Assembly (NCBI GenBank): GCA_040753015.1
Contig: JBFMHM010000002.1
Coordinates: forward strand, 193,126 to 257,125
Origin: Candidatus Omnitrophota bacterium
Lineage (GTDB): Bacteria; Omnitrophota; Gorgyraeia; Gygaellales; JBFMHM01
Length of the DNA: 64,000 nt
Direction of reading: 5' to 3'
Made by a program: the position numbers and the translations under genes. The notes below the pieces were generated by a model, which made no database searches, had not been told where the DNA came from, and worked only from the letters and a program-made list of their open reading frames with translations. Below are positions 20,906 to 32,595 of the stretch, piece after piece; within the stretch, counting starts at the first letter, position 1, and the number at the start of each line of letters is the position of its first letter.

Positions 20906-21687
20906 TTAATTAAACCTTTAACAAAATTACTAACTTTTTCAATTAAGTTTTTGTTGCCGATATTTTCTTTTATTTTTTTTACAATTGCGCTTCCGACAAT
21001 TGTGCCATCGCAAAATCTAGAAACCTCTTTTACTTGTTCTTTAGTTGATACTCCAAAACCAACACATACCGGCTTTTTAGTTAACCGCTTAATCGCTTTA
21101 ATATTATCTTGCAAATCTTTTGGTAATTCTTGCCTTGCACCAGTTACGCCTGTCAAAGATACATAATAAATAAAACCAGTTGATTTACTTGCAACCATCT
21201 TTGCCCGCATATTTAAAGTTGTTGGCGTAACAAAACCAATCACATCAATTCTAGCTTTATTTGCTAGGCTGACAAAACTTTTTCCTTCATCTAGCGGCAA
21301 ATCTGGAATAATTAAACCATCGACTCCGGAATTTTTTGCTTCATTAATAAATTTTTCTATACCAAAACAAAAAATTGGATTGTAATAAGTCATAAGGCTT
21401 ATTGACATAGCTACTTCTTTTCTAATACGCTTAACCAATTTTAAAATATCAACTAAGTGAGTACCTTTTTTAAGTGCTTCAAATGATGCTTCTTGAATTA
21501 CTTGGCCATCTGCCATAGGGTCAGAAAACGGAACACCTAATTCAATAATATCTACGCCAATTTTATCAAACTCTCTAATTAGGCGTTCTGTAGTTTGTAA
21601 ATTTGGGTAACCAGCAGTAATGAATGCAATGAATGCCTTTTTATTCTGCCTTTTTAATTCCCGAAACTTTTTCTCTATACGAGTCAT
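20902..21687 (-). CDS. trpA: Tryptophan synthase alpha chain (true start ATG 21687)
   Basis: ELGVPFSDPMADG, YYNP, VSLTGVTG, VGFGV; the upstream extension in the ORF track lies inside the insert. Confidence 0.96.
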   Translation of the reverse strand: MTRIEKKFRELKRQNKKAFIAFITAGYPNLQTTERLIREFDKIGVDIIELGVPFSDPMADGQVIQEASFEALKKGTHLVDILKLVKRIRKEVAMSISLMTYYNPIFCFGIEKFINEAKNSGVDGLIIPDLPLDEGKSFVSLANKARIDVIGFVTPTTLNMRAKMVASKSTGFIYYVSLTGVTGARQELPKDLQDNIKAIKRLTKKPVCVGFGVSTKEQVKEVSRFCDGTIVGSAIVKKIKENIGNKNLIEKVSNFVKGLIN

Positions 21688-21858
21688 AATAAAATCATAT
21701 GGTCGAGAGAAGTTTGATATGAGCAGGACGCTTTGATGGCGAGCGGGCATGGTGTCCGCCGCAGGCGGACGAGCGAGCCCGAAACGCGAGCGAATCCGAC
21801 ACGCTGGGTCGGATGAGCGTTCCAGCGAATATAAACTTCGATAAAGCCCATAATCATA
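21684..21858. mobile_element. GC-rich, highly structured non-autonomous insert (REP/MITE-like) between trpB and trpA
   Basis: 68% GC over 21721-21820; nested stems; direct repeats TCATA (21684-88 / 21854-58) and AATCATA (21693-99 / 21852-58). Confidence 0.6.
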
Positions 21859-23011
21859 CTTTTAGTTTTTGAGTTACGATTCCCATATCTTTGTCACCGC
21901 GGCCAGATAGACAAACAATTATAATTGAATTTTTATTTGCCTTGCGGCTTAGTTTTTTTAAATAAGCTATTGCGTGAGCTGACTCAAGCGCAGGAATTAT
22001 CCCCTCTTGCTGCGATAATAATTTAAATCCCTCTAAAGCTTCCACATCATTTATAGGAACATATTGAGCGCGTCCAATTTTTTTGTAATATGTATGTTCT
22101 GGCCCAACCCCGGGATAATCCAATCCTGCAGAAATTGAATGCGTTGCTTTAACCTGCCCAAACTTATCTTCTAAAAGCCCGGACTTTGAGCCATGCAATA
22201 CTCCAATATCACCGCCAACTAATGTTGCCGCACCCTTTGCCTCAACACCAATAAATTTTACATCTTTATCATTAAAAAATGAATGAAACAATCCCATCGC
22301 GTTGCTCCCCCCGCCCACGCAAGCAACTAAATAATCTGGAAGCCGTTTTTCTTTCTTTAAAATTTGCTGCCTTGCCTCTTTTCCAATTATCGACTGAAAA
22401 TCCCGCACAATCATCGGATAGGGATGCGGCCCAGCAACACTACCAATAATATAATATGTTGTGCGTACATTCGTAACCCAGTCGCGAATTGCCTCTGTCA
22501 TTGCATCTTTTAAAGTCTTTGAGCCAGAATTAACGCTAATTACGCGCGCTCCCAAAAGCTTCATTCGATAAACGTTAAGTTTTTGGCGTTCAATATCTTC
22601 TCGTCCCATAAAAATATCACACTCTAACCCAAATAAAGCGGCAACTGTTGCAGTTGCAACTCCGTGCTGACCAGCACCGGTTTCAGCAATCACGCGCTTT
22701 TTGCCCATTCGCTTTGCAAGTAAAACTTGGCCTAAGGTATTATTAATTTTATGCGCACCCGTATGAAGCAGATCTTCCCGCTTTAAATAAATTTTATTTA
22801 TGCCAAGCGTATCACTTAAATTTTTTGCTAGATATAATGGCGTTGGCCTACCAGCATATTCATGTAGATAATAATTTAGCTCTTGTTTAAATTTTTTATC
22901 TTTACAAGAAGCCCTGTATTCTTTTGTCAAATCATCCAAAGCAGAAATCAAAGTTTCCGGCACAAATCTCCCCCCAAACTCCCCAAAATATCCTCTTTTA
23001 TCTGGTAACAT
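21854..23011 (-). CDS. trpB: Tryptophan synthase beta chain
   Basis: [37 protein letters not shown]. Confidence 0.98.
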   Translation of the reverse strand: MLPDKRGYFGEFGGRFVPETLISALDDLTKEYRASCKDKKFKQELNYYLHEYAGRPTPLYLAKNLSDTLGINKIYLKREDLLHTGAHKINNTLGQVLLAKRMGKKRVIAETGAGQHGVATATVAALFGLECDIFMGREDIERQKLNVYRMKLLGARVISVNSGSKTLKDAMTEAIRDWVTNVRTTYYIIGSVAGPHPYPMIVRDFQSIIGKEARQQILKKEKRLPDYLVACVGGGSNAMGLFHSFFNDKDVKFIGVEAKGAATLVGGDIGVLHGSKSGLLEDKFGQVKATHSISAGLDYPGVGPEHTYYKKIGRAQYVPINDVEALEGFKLLSQQEGIIPALESAHAIAYLKKLSRKANKNSIIIVCLSGRGDKDMGIVTQKLKV

Positions 23012-23629
23012 TTATAACCCTTTCGCTGCGTTGATAAATTTTTTAACTTTCTTTATATCTTTTTTGCCGGGAGAGACTTCAAGAGAGCTTGAAGCATCTA
23101 CCCAATTAGGATGCGCAACTTTAATTGCTTGTTTTACATTCTTCTCGTTAAGTCCGCCGGATAAAAATACAGGCTGCCTAAGTTTGCCTATATGCTTAAC
23201 TAATTCCCAGTTAAAATTTTTTCCAGTCCCGCCGATTTTTTTTGGCATATAGGTATCAAACATATATGCAAAGACATTATACTTTTTAATCTGCCTTGGG
23301 TCTATTTTATTCTTTATACGGAATGCCTTAATAATTTTGTAACCTTTAAATCGTTTACAAAAACTTGGCGTTTCTTTGCCATGGAATTGCAACACATCTA
23401 ATTGGCATGCCTTTGCAATTTCTTTTATTTTTTTCTCTTTTTCATCAACAAAAATACCTATCTTAACAATCGACCCTGGGATATATCGTGTTATTCCCTG
23501 ACAACCATCAGGATTAATATAACGCGGGCTTTTCTTATAAAACACAAATCCTAACGCATCACACCCAGCATCAATTGAAGCAAGCGCATCATTAACATTG
23601 GTTATTCCGCAAACCTTGACCTTTGTCAT
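23012..23629 (-). CDS. trpF: Phosphoribosylanthranilate isomerase
   Basis: KVKVCGIT, SPRY, QFHG.E, GGTG..FNW, LSGGL. Confidence 0.95.
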   Translation of the reverse strand: MTKVKVCGITNVNDALASIDAGCDALGFVFYKKSPRYINPDGCQGITRYIPGSIVKIGIFVDEKEKKIKEIAKACQLDVLQFHGKETPSFCKRFKGYKIIKAFRIKNKIDPRQIKKYNVFAYMFDTYMPKKIGGTGKNFNWELVKHIGKLRQPVFLSGGLNEKNVKQAIKVAHPNWVDASSSLEVSPGKKDIKKVKKFINAAKGL

Positions 23630-24390
23630 TGAATTATTTTTTTGATATTTTTTAAAAAACCAGCTCTTAAAAATGCCTCACCAACTAAAACTACATTTAC
23701 GCCTAATTTCCGCAGATAATCCAAATCTTTCTTTGTAGAAATACCACTTTCACTTATAATAATTTTATCTCTAGGTATGAATTTAATTAATTTTTCTGTT
23801 GTGCATAAATCAACCTTAAATGTTTTCAAATCACGATTATTTATACCAATAATCTCTGCGCCTGACTTTAATGCTTTGTTTAAGTCTCGCTTAGTATGCA
23901 CTTCAACTAATACATCAAGCCCGACATCTTTTGCAATCTTTATAAATTTTTTTAATTTATCTAAAGCTAAAATCTCGGTAATTAAAAGTACCGCATCTGC
24001 GCTAAATAATTTTGACTCATAAATTTGATATTCGTCAATAATAAAATCCTTGCGAAGCACAGGCAAACCAGAAATATCTTTTACATCCCTTAAGTACCCA
24101 ACATTGCCTTTAAAAAAATCTTTTTCCGTTAGAACTGAAATTGCTGCAGCGCCTAATTTCTTATAAACTAATGCAATTTTTTTGTGATTAAAATCTTTTA
24201 TGATTATGCCTTTTGAGGGCGATGCTTTTTTTACTTCGGCAATAATATTTAGGCCTTTTTTTGCGATTGCCTTTTTAAATAAAGGCTTTTCTTTGCCTAA
24301 ATTTCTTTTTAATTCATCTAACGTAAAACGTTTTTTTAAAAGAGCAATTTCTTCTTTCTTTTTCTTTAAAATCTTATTCAAAAAATTCAT
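23626..24390 (-). CDS. trpC: Indole-3-glycerol phosphate synthase
   Basis: IAEVKKASPSKG, LRKDFI, GINNRDL, SESGI. Confidence 0.96.
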   Translation of the reverse strand: MNFLNKILKKKKEEIALLKKRFTLDELKRNLGKEKPLFKKAIAKKGLNIIAEVKKASPSKGIIIKDFNHKKIALVYKKLGAAAISVLTEKDFFKGNVGYLRDVKDISGLPVLRKDFIIDEYQIYESKLFSADAVLLITEILALDKLKKFIKIAKDVGLDVLVEVHTKRDLNKALKSGAEIIGINNRDLKTFKVDLCTTEKLIKFIPRDKIIISESGISTKKDLDYLRKLGVNVVLVGEAFLRAGFLKNIKKIIQ

Positions 24391-24397
24391 TTTTGGA

Positions 24398-25444
24398 TTA
24401 TGATAACGTAATACTTGATGTAAATTCCCTAAGCATTTCTAGTTTTTCTGCCGCCTTTCCAGAATCAATAGATTCTTTTGCTTTCTTCATGCCTTCTTCT
24501 ATCGTCAAAGCATAATCTGCGGCATAAATTGCACAACCAGCATTTAAAATAACAATGTCTCTTTTTGCTCCCTTCTTACCTGCTAACACGTCACGGACAA
24601 TTTCAACATTACTTTCAACACTTCCATCACAAAGATCGCTTAAAGACGCTTTTTTAATGCCAAATTCACTAGGTGTAATCTCAAAAGTTTTTACTTTCTT
24701 ATTTTTAACTTCTGCTACAAAAGTCTTTGTAGTTGTGGTTACTTCATCAATACCGTCCTTGCCATGTACAATAAGTGCATGCTTTGAGCCTAAATTTAAC
24801 AAAACCTCTGCCAAAGGCTTAACCCATTTATCATCATATACACCAATTAACTGATGTGCTGCGCCTGCTGGGTTTGTTAAAGGCCCTAAGATATTAAAAA
24901 TTGTCCTAATACCAATTTCCTGACGGACTGGTTGCGCGTACTTCATTGCCGGATGAAGAATTGGCGCAAATAAAAAAGCAATGCCATTTTTCTCTAAACA
25001 ATCTTCGACCTTTTCAACTGAAATATTAATATTTATCCCAAGCCCCTCCAATACATCTGCGCTTCCGCAATGGCTTGAAATAGAGCGGTTACCGTGTTTT
25101 GCAACCCTTACACCTGCTCCAGCAGCAACAAATGCACTAACCGTAGAAATATTGAATGTGCCTGAATAATCCCCGCCTGTACCACAAGTATCAAGAATTG
25201 TTTTATCTTTAGCACAGATTTTTGTAACAAACCGCCTCATAACTTGCGCAGCAGCTGTAATTTCTTCTACTGTCTCGCCTTTTACGCGAAGAGCAGTTAG
25301 AAAACAAGCAATCTGGCTAGCTGTCGCCTTCCCAGTCAAAATCTCTTCAAATATCAATTCTACTTCTTTATGGCTTAGGTCTGAATGTTCAATCAACACC
25401 GCTATTGCTTTTTTTATAGCGCTATTATTGGTTAAATTATTCAT
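24398..25444 (-). CDS. trpD: Anthranilate phosphoribosyltransferase
   Basis: [28 protein letters not shown]. Confidence 0.97.
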   Translation of the reverse strand: MNNLTNNSAIKKAIAVLIEHSDLSHKEVELIFEEILTGKATASQIACFLTALRVKGETVEEITAAAQVMRRFVTKICAKDKTILDTCGTGGDYSGTFNISTVSAFVAAGAGVRVAKHGNRSISSHCGSADVLEGLGININISVEKVEDCLEKNGIAFLFAPILHPAMKYAQPVRQEIGIRTIFNILGPLTNPAGAAHQLIGVYDDKWVKPLAEVLLNLGSKHALIVHGKDGIDEVTTTTKTFVAEVKNKKVKTFEITPSEFGIKKASLSDLCDGSVESNVEIVRDVLAGKKGAKRDIVILNAGCAIYAADYALTIEEGMKKAKESIDSGKAAEKLEMLREFTSSITLS

Positions 25445-26012
25445 ATTTTTTATAAGTTAAAAAGTTTTTTAGGATTTTTAATCCTTGCTTTGTTAATATT
25501 GATTCGGGATGAAACTGAACTCCCCATAAATAATATTCTTTATGTTTTAGTCCCATTATTTCGCCGTCTTTTGTTTTTGCAATTATCTCTAAATTAGAAG
25601 GCAGAGATTTTTTTTCAACAATTAACGAATGATAACGAGTTGCTTCAAAAGGATTAGGTATTCCTTTAAATATCGTTTTCTTATTATGATAAATTAAAGA
25701 TGTCTTACCGTGCATTAAATATTTTGCCCTAACAATTTTTCCTCCGAATGCCTCACCTATGCATTGATGGCCAAGGCATACACCTAAAATAGGAATAACC
25801 CCGGCAAATTTTTTTATCACATCAATTGAAATTCCTGCATCCTTGGGTTCACCCGGGCCCGGTGAAATAACTATTGCCGCAGGCCTTAATCCTTTAATAT
25901 AATTCAAAGTTAATTTATCATTCCTACGTACAACTATTTTTTGGCCAAGCTGACCAAAATATTGCACTAAATTATAAGTAAATGAATCGTAATTATCTAT
26001 TATTAAAATCAT
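25437..26012 (-). CDS. trpG: Anthranilate/aminodeoxychorismate synthase glutamine amidotransferase component
   Basis: [28 protein letters not shown]. Confidence 0.93.
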   Translation of the reverse strand: MILIIDNYDSFTYNLVQYFGQLGQKIVVRRNDKLTLNYIKGLRPAAIVISPGPGEPKDAGISIDVIKKFAGVIPILGVCLGHQCIGEAFGGKIVRAKYLMHGKTSLIYHNKKTIFKGIPNPFEATRYHSLIVEKKSLPSNLEIIAKTKDGEIMGLKHKEYYLWGVQFHPESILTKQGLKILKNFLTYKKYE

Positions 26013-26815
26013 GTATAATTATTTAATTGATTATTATAATCTATCTCAATTACTCGCCCATCTTCGAACTGCAAAGATACTTTTCTTTTCAAAATATCCA
26101 CATTAATCACTTTACCCTTACCTTCTTTCGTTGTAACAGTATTTCCAATCCGCGGAAGCCCTTTAGAAAGCTCCTTATAAGCACAATGCTCATAAGAAAG
26201 ACAGCACAGAAGCCTGCCGCAAAGCCCTGATATTTTAGAAGGATTTAATGGAAGGTTTTGGTCTTTGGCCATTTTTATAGTAACGGGCTCGAAATTTTTT
26301 AAAAATTTTCTGCAGCATAATTCTCTGCCACAATAACTTACCCCTCCGAAATGCTTGGCCTCGTCTCTTACGCCAATCTGCTTTAATTCTATGCGAGCTT
26401 TAAAAACTTTAGCTAAATCTTTGACTAGATCTCTAAAATCAACTCTGTCATCCGAACTAAAATAAAATATTATTTTTGATCCGTCAAAAGAAACCTCTGC
26501 ATCGATTAGCTTCATGTTGATTTTCTTTTCAGTAACTTTTTGTACAAATATATCCTGCGCTTCTTTTAACTTCTGTCTATTATTATTTATCTCCTCTAAA
26601 TCCCTAGGGGTTGCAATCCTGACCATCTCATAAATAACATCTTCGATTTTATCTTTTAAAACTATATGCGGTTCACTTAATATCTGAGCATAATCAAAAC
26701 CCCTGTCTTCCTTAAATATCACGATATCATCTATTTTAGGAAAAATATTATCGGAAAAACTGCAATTAATAGTCTGGCTAGAATCTCTTAATCTTGCCTG
26801 TACCACCCTCTTCAT
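26009..26815 (-). CDS. PSP1 / RicT (YaaT) family Fe-S protein
   Basis: [35 protein letters not shown]. Confidence 0.9.
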   Translation of the reverse strand: MKRVVQARLRDSSQTINCSFSDNIFPKIDDIVIFKEDRGFDYAQILSEPHIVLKDKIEDVIYEMVRIATPRDLEEINNNRQKLKEAQDIFVQKVTEKKINMKLIDAEVSFDGSKIIFYFSSDDRVDFRDLVKDLAKVFKARIELKQIGVRDEAKHFGGVSYCGRELCCRKFLKNFEPVTIKMAKDQNLPLNPSKISGLCGRLLCCLSYEHCAYKELSKGLPRIGNTVTTKEGKGKVINVDILKRKVSLQFEDGRVIEIDYNNQLNNYT

Positions 26816-27684
26816 TTTAATATACTCCTAACTAATCTATTTTCGTTAATCCTTAAAAGTAAAACATCAAAAATTAATTTTAGATTTATATTCTGTTCAA
26901 TATTCAATGATAATTTTGCCAACTCATCAGAAATATTCAAAAGGCCGGCAAAACTAAATTGATTTTTTATATTAAGCAGTAAATCTAAATGGTCAAGATT
27001 AATTAAATCATCCTTAGGCGCATCTAAATTTAAAAATAAAATATCTCTTATCACAGATAAAACAATCATTAACGCTGCTTTAAATTCTTGTTTTTGCTCT
27101 AGGCTACCAAATCCTTTGCTTAAGTTATTATCTACAAACACTAAATTAATAACCTTATTTTTAAAATCTTTATCTTTAGATAAATTTTTTAAAGTATTAC
27201 TATCCGCTAAACCAAAATAAAATTTTTGGCAGCGAGAAATAATTGTAGGAAATATCTTTGAAAGCTTAGAGGTTGTTAAAATTATTACGGAATCCTCTAG
27301 TGGTTCTTCAAGTGTTTTTAACAGGCAATTAGCCGCATCATTAGTCAAATTATCAGCATTTCTGATAGCGAATATTTTTGTTTTTGCCTCATAAGGACGC
27401 ATATTAATAGATTTCTGTAAACTATGAATATCCGAAATTTTTATATGATCACTATTTAAACCATAGGCATGAAAATCTGGATGCATTAAGTTTTCTATTT
27501 TTTTACAATTTGAACAATTATTACAAGCGTTATAACTGCCGATCAGGCAATTTAACGACTTAGCAAGTTCTTTAATTGTAGAAAATTTTAAAGCGCCATC
27601 TGGCCCGATAAAAAGCAAACTTTGAATCGGCCGATTATTTCTAAAACTACTCAATATTAAATTTAAAATATCTCCGGAAATCAT
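26812..27684 (-). CDS. holB: DNA polymerase III delta-prime subunit
   Basis: Zn motif LNC...CNNCSNC, HPD, AANCLLKTLEEP, TIISRC; follows tmk. Confidence 0.88.
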   Translation of the reverse strand: MISGDILNLILSSFRNNRPIQSLLFIGPDGALKFSTIKELAKSLNCLIGSYNACNNCSNCKKIENLMHPDFHAYGLNSDHIKISDIHSLQKSINMRPYEAKTKIFAIRNADNLTNDAANCLLKTLEEPLEDSVIILTTSKLSKIFPTIISRCQKFYFGLADSNTLKNLSKDKDFKNKVINLVFVDNNLSKGFGSLEQKQEFKAALMIVLSVIRDILFLNLDAPKDDLINLDHLDLLLNIKNQFSFAGLLNISDELAKLSLNIEQNINLKLIFDVLLLRINENRLVRSILK

Positions 27685-28304
27685 CTTATTTTTAGTTTAT
27701 TCTTTACAATCTCTCTTATTAATGTTTGCACTAAAAGAGGGTTTTTATCCGTTTTTATAATTTTAATCCGTTTCGGAAATTTTCTAGCTAACTTCAAATA
27801 TCCAACCCTTACTTTTTCGTGAAACTTGCAGGGTTTTTGTTCAATCCTATCCTTAATATTGCCTGCGCGCTTAAGACCAATTTCGGTATCAATATCTAAA
27901 AGTATAGTTAGATCTGGCATAAATTTTCCTACTACATATTTAGATAAAATACCGATTAACCCAGCGTCTACACCACCAGCATAACCTTGATAAACCATTG
28001 TCGCATCGATAAACCTATCACAAATAACAACATAATTTTTATTTAAATAATATTTTAATTTCTCTTCAATCAATTGATTACGCGCTGCCATATAAAGTAA
28101 TGTTTCGGTTAACGGCGTCATCTTTTTTAACTTTGGATCAAGCAATATATGCCTGATTTTTTCACTGATAATAACTCCTCCCGGCTCTCTCAAATGAATA
28201 ACTTTTAAACCTTTTGATTTTAAAAATTTTACCAAAAGATTAACCTGAGTGCTTTTTCCTGCACCCTCTGGCCCTTCAAATGTAATAAATTTACCCTTCG
28301 TCAT
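27681..28304 (-). CDS. tmk: Thymidylate kinase
   Basis: FITFEGPEGAGKSTQ, REPGG, CDRF..AT..YQG. Confidence 0.96.
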   Translation of the reverse strand: MTKGKFITFEGPEGAGKSTQVNLLVKFLKSKGLKVIHLREPGGVIISEKIRHILLDPKLKKMTPLTETLLYMAARNQLIEEKLKYYLNKNYVVICDRFIDATMVYQGYAGGVDAGLIGILSKYVVGKFMPDLTILLDIDTEIGLKRAGNIKDRIEQKPCKFHEKVRVGYLKLARKFPKRIKIIKTDKNPLLVQTLIREIVKNKLKIR

Positions 28305-29745
28305 TATCTACCTCAACAAAAGTAAAAGTATAACCACTGGCTGTATCAATTAAACTACCTTTATATTTAGCATCAATAGCCCTTCTAATTTCATCAGCCC
28401 GTTTAAAATCTTTATTTTTTTTCGCCTCTTCTCTCAATTTTAATTTCTCATTAAATTCTTGTGGCATGGCTTTTTCTTGCTTAATTGTTAAACCAAAAAT
28501 GTTAAAAAAAACTTCCAATTTGAGCTTGGCATATTTAAACAAATCTTCTTTATCCTGCGAAATAAATTTCGCTGATAAATCAATTAACTCAAAAATTATT
28601 GATAAAGCCTTTGGCGTATTAAAATCATCGCTTATTGCTTCAAAAAACTTATTGTCAAAATCATCGACCATTGACTTCTCTTTATCGCTAGAAGTTAGTT
28701 TTGGTTTACCCTCTTTAAGTTGCCAAAAATTTACTTTATCAAAAAACTCGTTAAATGTCTTTTTTTGTTTTTTTGCTTCTTCGATTTTTTCTTCCGTAAA
28801 ATCAACTGGATGCGAATAATGCGTAGATAAAAACAACAATTTTAATAAATCTGGGTCTCTGTATTTTGTAATAAAATCATCGACGGTAATAAAATTTCCT
28901 AAAGACTTTGCCATTTTTTGGCCATTTATTGTTAAAAGCCCATGATGTATCCAATAATTGGCAAATCTTTTACCTAAAGCTTGTGATTGCGCAAACTCAT
29001 TTTCATGGTGCGGAAAAATTAAATCTATTCCGCCGCCATGAATATCAAACTCATCACCTAATAAATCTTCGCTCATCGCCGAACACTCAATATGCCATCC
29101 TGGCCTGCCACGCCCCCAAGGGCTTTGCCAGCTAGGCTCATTTTCTTTTGCTTTTTTCCAAAGCGCAAAATCTAGAGGGTTTCTTTTATTTTCACCGACA
29201 ACAAATCTTGCCCCGCTGATCATTTTATCCAAAGATTGGTTAGAAAGCTTCCCATAATTTTTTGCTTTGGTAATATCAAAATAAACATCACCGCTAGCCT
29301 CATAAGCACTATTTTTGTCAATAAGCATCTTAATAAAACTAATCATTTTATCAATATATTCGCTTGCCTTCGGCTCAATTATATCATTAGAATCAATGCC
29401 TAAACTCTTAAGTGCGCTATGGTACGAAGCAAGGTACTTTGTTGCAACTTTTTTAAATGAAATATTCAAATCTTCGCTAGGATATTCCTTTTTTGCTTTA
29501 TCAATAATTTTATCATCAACATCTGTCACATTTCTAACAAACTTAACTTTATAACCCTTAAAACAAAGATACCGCCTTATTACATCAAAAATATAGGCAC
29601 TCCTGGCATGGCCTATATGCGGTTCATCATAAACCGTTGGCCCACAAACATACATCCTTACTTCTCTATTATTTATAGGCTCAAAAGGCATTTTCTTGCG
29701 CTCTAAAGAGTTATAAATAAAAATTTTATTCTCTTGCTTGTTCAT
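28291..29745 (-). CDS. cysS: Cysteine--tRNA ligase
   Basis: [32 protein letters not shown]. Confidence 0.98.
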   Translation of the reverse strand: MNKQENKIFIYNSLERKKMPFEPINNREVRMYVCGPTVYDEPHIGHARSAYIFDVIRRYLCFKGYKVKFVRNVTDVDDKIIDKAKKEYPSEDLNISFKKVATKYLASYHSALKSLGIDSNDIIEPKASEYIDKMISFIKMLIDKNSAYEASGDVYFDITKAKNYGKLSNQSLDKMISGARFVVGENKRNPLDFALWKKAKENEPSWQSPWGRGRPGWHIECSAMSEDLLGDEFDIHGGGIDLIFPHHENEFAQSQALGKRFANYWIHHGLLTINGQKMAKSLGNFITVDDFITKYRDPDLLKLLFLSTHYSHPVDFTEEKIEEAKKQKKTFNEFFDKVNFWQLKEGKPKLTSSDKEKSMVDDFDNKFFEAISDDFNTPKALSIIFELIDLSAKFISQDKEDLFKYAKLKLEVFFNIFGLTIKQEKAMPQEFNEKLKLREEAKKNKDFKRADEIRRAIDAKYKGSLIDTASGYTFTFVEVDNDEG

Positions 29746-30416
29746 TTATTCTCTAATTTTTCAACCCGCTTCTCTAATTCTTCGATTGTTTGTATCAATG
29801 GATCAACTATGTGGATATGATCTAAATCAATATCAATTCTTTTTCCATCCTGACGCGTTAGCCTGCCCGGAACCCCCACAACGGTTGAATTTGCCGGAAC
29901 ATCTTTAATGACAACCGCGTTTGACCCAATATAAGAATTATCGCCGATTTTAATGTTGCCCAAAACTTTTGCCCCAGCACCTATAACAATATTATTGCCT
30001 ATGGTTGGATGCCGCTTGCCCTTTTCTTTACCAGTGCCACCTAAGGTCACTCCTTGATATAAAATAACATTGTTGCCAATTATAGCCGTTTCTCCGATAA
30101 CAACACCCATGCCATGGTCAATAAAAAAACCTTTGCCAATATTTGCCCCTGGATGAATCTCAATGCCGGTTAAGAACCTAGAAACCTGGGAAATTAAACG
30201 AGGCAGCAGGGGAAGTTTCACTCTAAATAACAAATGACTAATACGATAAAGAACTAAAGCAGCTAATCCAGGATATAATAATATTATCTCAAATGAACTT
30301 TTTGCCGCGGGGTCTTTCTCTTTTGCTGCTAAAACCTCTCTCCTAAAAAATATACCTACAAACAAAACCCAAACAAAAATTAATAGAAATAAATATAAAA
30401 TTAGCGAAATAATCAT
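29742..30416 (-). CDS. cysE: Serine O-acetyltransferase with a hydrophobic N-terminal extension
   Basis: [30 protein letters not shown] motifs. Confidence 0.92.
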   Translation of the reverse strand: MIISLILYLFLLIFVWVLFVGIFFRREVLAAKEKDPAAKSSFEIILLYPGLAALVLYRISHLLFRVKLPLLPRLISQVSRFLTGIEIHPGANIGKGFFIDHGMGVVIGETAIIGNNVILYQGVTLGGTGKEKGKRHPTIGNNIVIGAGAKVLGNIKIGDNSYIGSNAVVIKDVPANSTVVGVPGRLTRQDGKRIDIDLDHIHIVDPLIQTIEELEKRVEKLENK

Positions 30417-30423
30417 ACCCACC

Positions 30424-30897
30424 TCATTTCTTTATCAAAACAACTGCCTGAACAGCGATAGCCTTTTTCTGACCAACTGCATCAAGGCCTTCATTTGTCT
30501 TTGCTTTAATATTTACAACATTTAAATTAATATTTAATAAACTTGCTAATTTTTGGCGCATTTTTATTTTTAGGCCGCGAAGCTTTGGTTCTTCTAAAAT
30601 TATATTTAAATCGATATTTCCGATTTTATACCTTTCTTTCCTTAAAATTTTTAATGTTTCTCTAAGTAATTCTATGCTAGAAATATTTTTAAATTTTTTC
30701 TCTGTATCAGGAAAATGCTCACCAATATCTCCTTTAGCAACCGCCCCGATGATTGCATCAATAAGTGCATGCAAAACCACATCAGCATCACTATGGCCAA
30801 GAAGCCCCCTACTGCTAGGTATTTTGACACCGGCTAAAATCAGGCCTCGGCCTTTAACCAAACGGTGAATATCGTAACCAATCCCAACTCTCACCAT
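30424..30897 (-). CDS. ispF: 2-C-methyl-D-erythritol 2,4-cyclodiphosphate synthase
   Basis: [29 protein letters not shown]. Confidence 0.96.
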   Translation of the reverse strand: MVRVGIGYDIHRLVKGRGLILAGVKIPSSRGLLGHSDADVVLHALIDAIIGAVAKGDIGEHFPDTEKKFKNISSIELLRETLKILRKERYKIGNIDLNIILEEPKLRGLKIKMRQKLASLLNINLNVVNIKAKTNEGLDAVGQKKAIAVQAVVLIKK

Positions 30898-30901
30898 ATG
30901 C

Positions 30902-31597
30902 TTATCGTTTCGCACTTTCTGTTTCCGATATCGCTTTTGCGATTATTAAATCTTCTGGTGTAGTAATTTTAATATTGCTATACAATCCTTTAACAACTCT
31001 AACTTTAATCCCCATCCTCTCAACTAATACCGAATCATCAGTAACAGATTTATCATAAGGCATACTATATGCCTTTAAAATTATATCCTTTTTAAAAATC
31101 TGCGGAGTTTGAATTTCCCAAATCTGCTCTCTGTCTAAAGTTTCTTCTATGATTTTTGATTTTCGATTTTTGATTTTTTTTATAGTTGCTTTAGCTGGAA
31201 CACCAACAACTGCTGCGCCAAAATTAGCAGCTGTTCTAGCACAATTAGTTACAGTTTTTTTATCAATAAATGGCCGCGCGCCATCATGAATCATAACCAA
31301 ATCACAATTTATGCATAAATGGCTTAAACCGGCCTTAACAGAATCAAATCTTTCTTTGCCTCCACAAACTATATTTTTTATTTTTTTAAAATTTGATTTT
31401 TTAATTAGGTTCCTTATAGCCGCTTGATCCTTATTTCTCGCAACTAAAATAATATGCCTAATTAAATCGAGAGATTCCAATGTTTCTAACAAATGAAATA
31501 ATGCGGGCTTTTTATTTATAACAATTAATGCTTTGGAAGTCTTTATTTTTAAACGATTGCCTTTGCCCGCGGCAACAATTATTGCGCAAAGCTGCAT
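30902..31597 (-). CDS. ispD: 2-C-methyl-D-erythritol 4-phosphate cytidylyltransferase
   Basis: AAGKGNRL, IHDGARPF, QTPQ, NIKITTPED. Confidence 0.95.
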   Translation of the reverse strand: MQLCAIIVAAGKGNRLKIKTSKALIVINKKPALFHLLETLESLDLIRHIILVARNKDQAAIRNLIKKSNFKKIKNIVCGGKERFDSVKAGLSHLCINCDLVMIHDGARPFIDKKTVTNCARTAANFGAAVVGVPAKATIKKIKNRKSKIIEETLDREQIWEIQTPQIFKKDIILKAYSMPYDKSVTDDSVLVERMGIKVRVVKGLYSNIKITTPEDLIIAKAISETESAKR

Positions 31598-31598
31598 A

Positions 31599-32582
31599 CT
31601 ATTCTTGTTTTATTTTACCAAAAACCATTCTTCCGGCTTGAGTCTGCAAAGAAGAAGTAACAATTACTTTTACATCATGCCCTAGTAATTTTCTGGCATC
31701 TTCAATAACAACCATCGTGCCATCATCTAAATAGCCAATAGCCTGATTATGCTCTTTGCCTTCTTTAACTAGTTTTAACTGTAGAACTTCTCCGGGAAAT
31801 ACTACTGCCTTTAAGGCATTGGTTAACTCGTTAATATTAAGAATTTTTACTCCTTGAAGGCTCGCAACTCTATTTAGATTAAAATCAACCGTTAAGAGCC
31901 TGCCCCCTAAAACTTTTGCTAATTTTACCAGCTTTGCATCAACTTCTAATACTTCAGGAAAATCTTCCTCATGAATCCCTATGCCAATATGAGGATCTTT
32001 TTGTAAAGTGTGCAATATATCTAGGCCACGCCTGCCGCGCTGCCTTTTTATCGGATCAGAAGAATCAGAAATCTGCTGTAATTCTTTCAAAACAAAACGC
32101 GGAACAATAAGCTTCCCTTGAATAAAATTCGTTTTAAATAAATCAATAATCCTTCCATCAATAATAACGCTTGTATCTAATAGTATTATATCCTGGCTTT
32201 GTTCTTCACGCCTAAATCTTACATAAGGAATAATCAGGTTAAACTCGTCTTTACCGCGAAGCCCGATACTTAAACCGAGGTAACAAAATATTACAGTAAA
32301 AATTACTCTGATTAAGGCTAAAGTCCCTTCATTAATTGGCGCAAGACTAAACGCGTCTCCAACTAATTTTGCAAAGATTAATCCTAGAAAAAGCCCAAAA
32401 ACCGCACTAGATAACCCTCTTACCGAAACTCTACGCATACCAATTTCAGAAAGGATTATAATTGCACCTGCAATCGCGCCAACTAACGCACCAGCCCATT
32501 GTAAATTGCGCATTGCTCCTGTCTGAAAACCAACAATAATACTAGAAATTAAAAAAAGAATCCTTATAAAAACAATAGTCAT
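31599..32582 (-). CDS. PIN/TRAM-domain membrane protein (YacL-like)
   Basis: TM N-terminus, [33 protein letters not shown]. Confidence 0.9.
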   Translation of the reverse strand: MTIVFIRILFLISSIIVGFQTGAMRNLQWAGALVGAIAGAIIILSEIGMRRVSVRGLSSAVFGLFLGLIFAKLVGDAFSLAPINEGTLALIRVIFTVIFCYLGLSIGLRGKDEFNLIIPYVRFRREEQSQDIILLDTSVIIDGRIIDLFKTNFIQGKLIVPRFVLKELQQISDSSDPIKRQRGRRGLDILHTLQKDPHIGIGIHEEDFPEVLEVDAKLVKLAKVLGGRLLTVDFNLNRVASLQGVKILNINELTNALKAVVFPGEVLQLKLVKEGKEHNQAIGYLDDGTMVVIEDARKLLGHDVKVIVTSSLQTQAGRMVFGKIKQE

Positions 32583-32595
32583 TTATTCCCCCTAT

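Noticed and set aside
21688-21750. 21-aa N-terminal extension of TrpA in the ORF track
   Set aside because: It lies inside the GC-rich insert; MTRIEKKF at 21687 is the typical TrpA start.
21689-21853. Insert as a tRNA, T-box, trp attenuator or terminator
   Set aside because: No cloverleaf or T-box motif, only one Trp codon in the small ORF, no U-tract after the strong hairpins, and it lies before the last trp gene.
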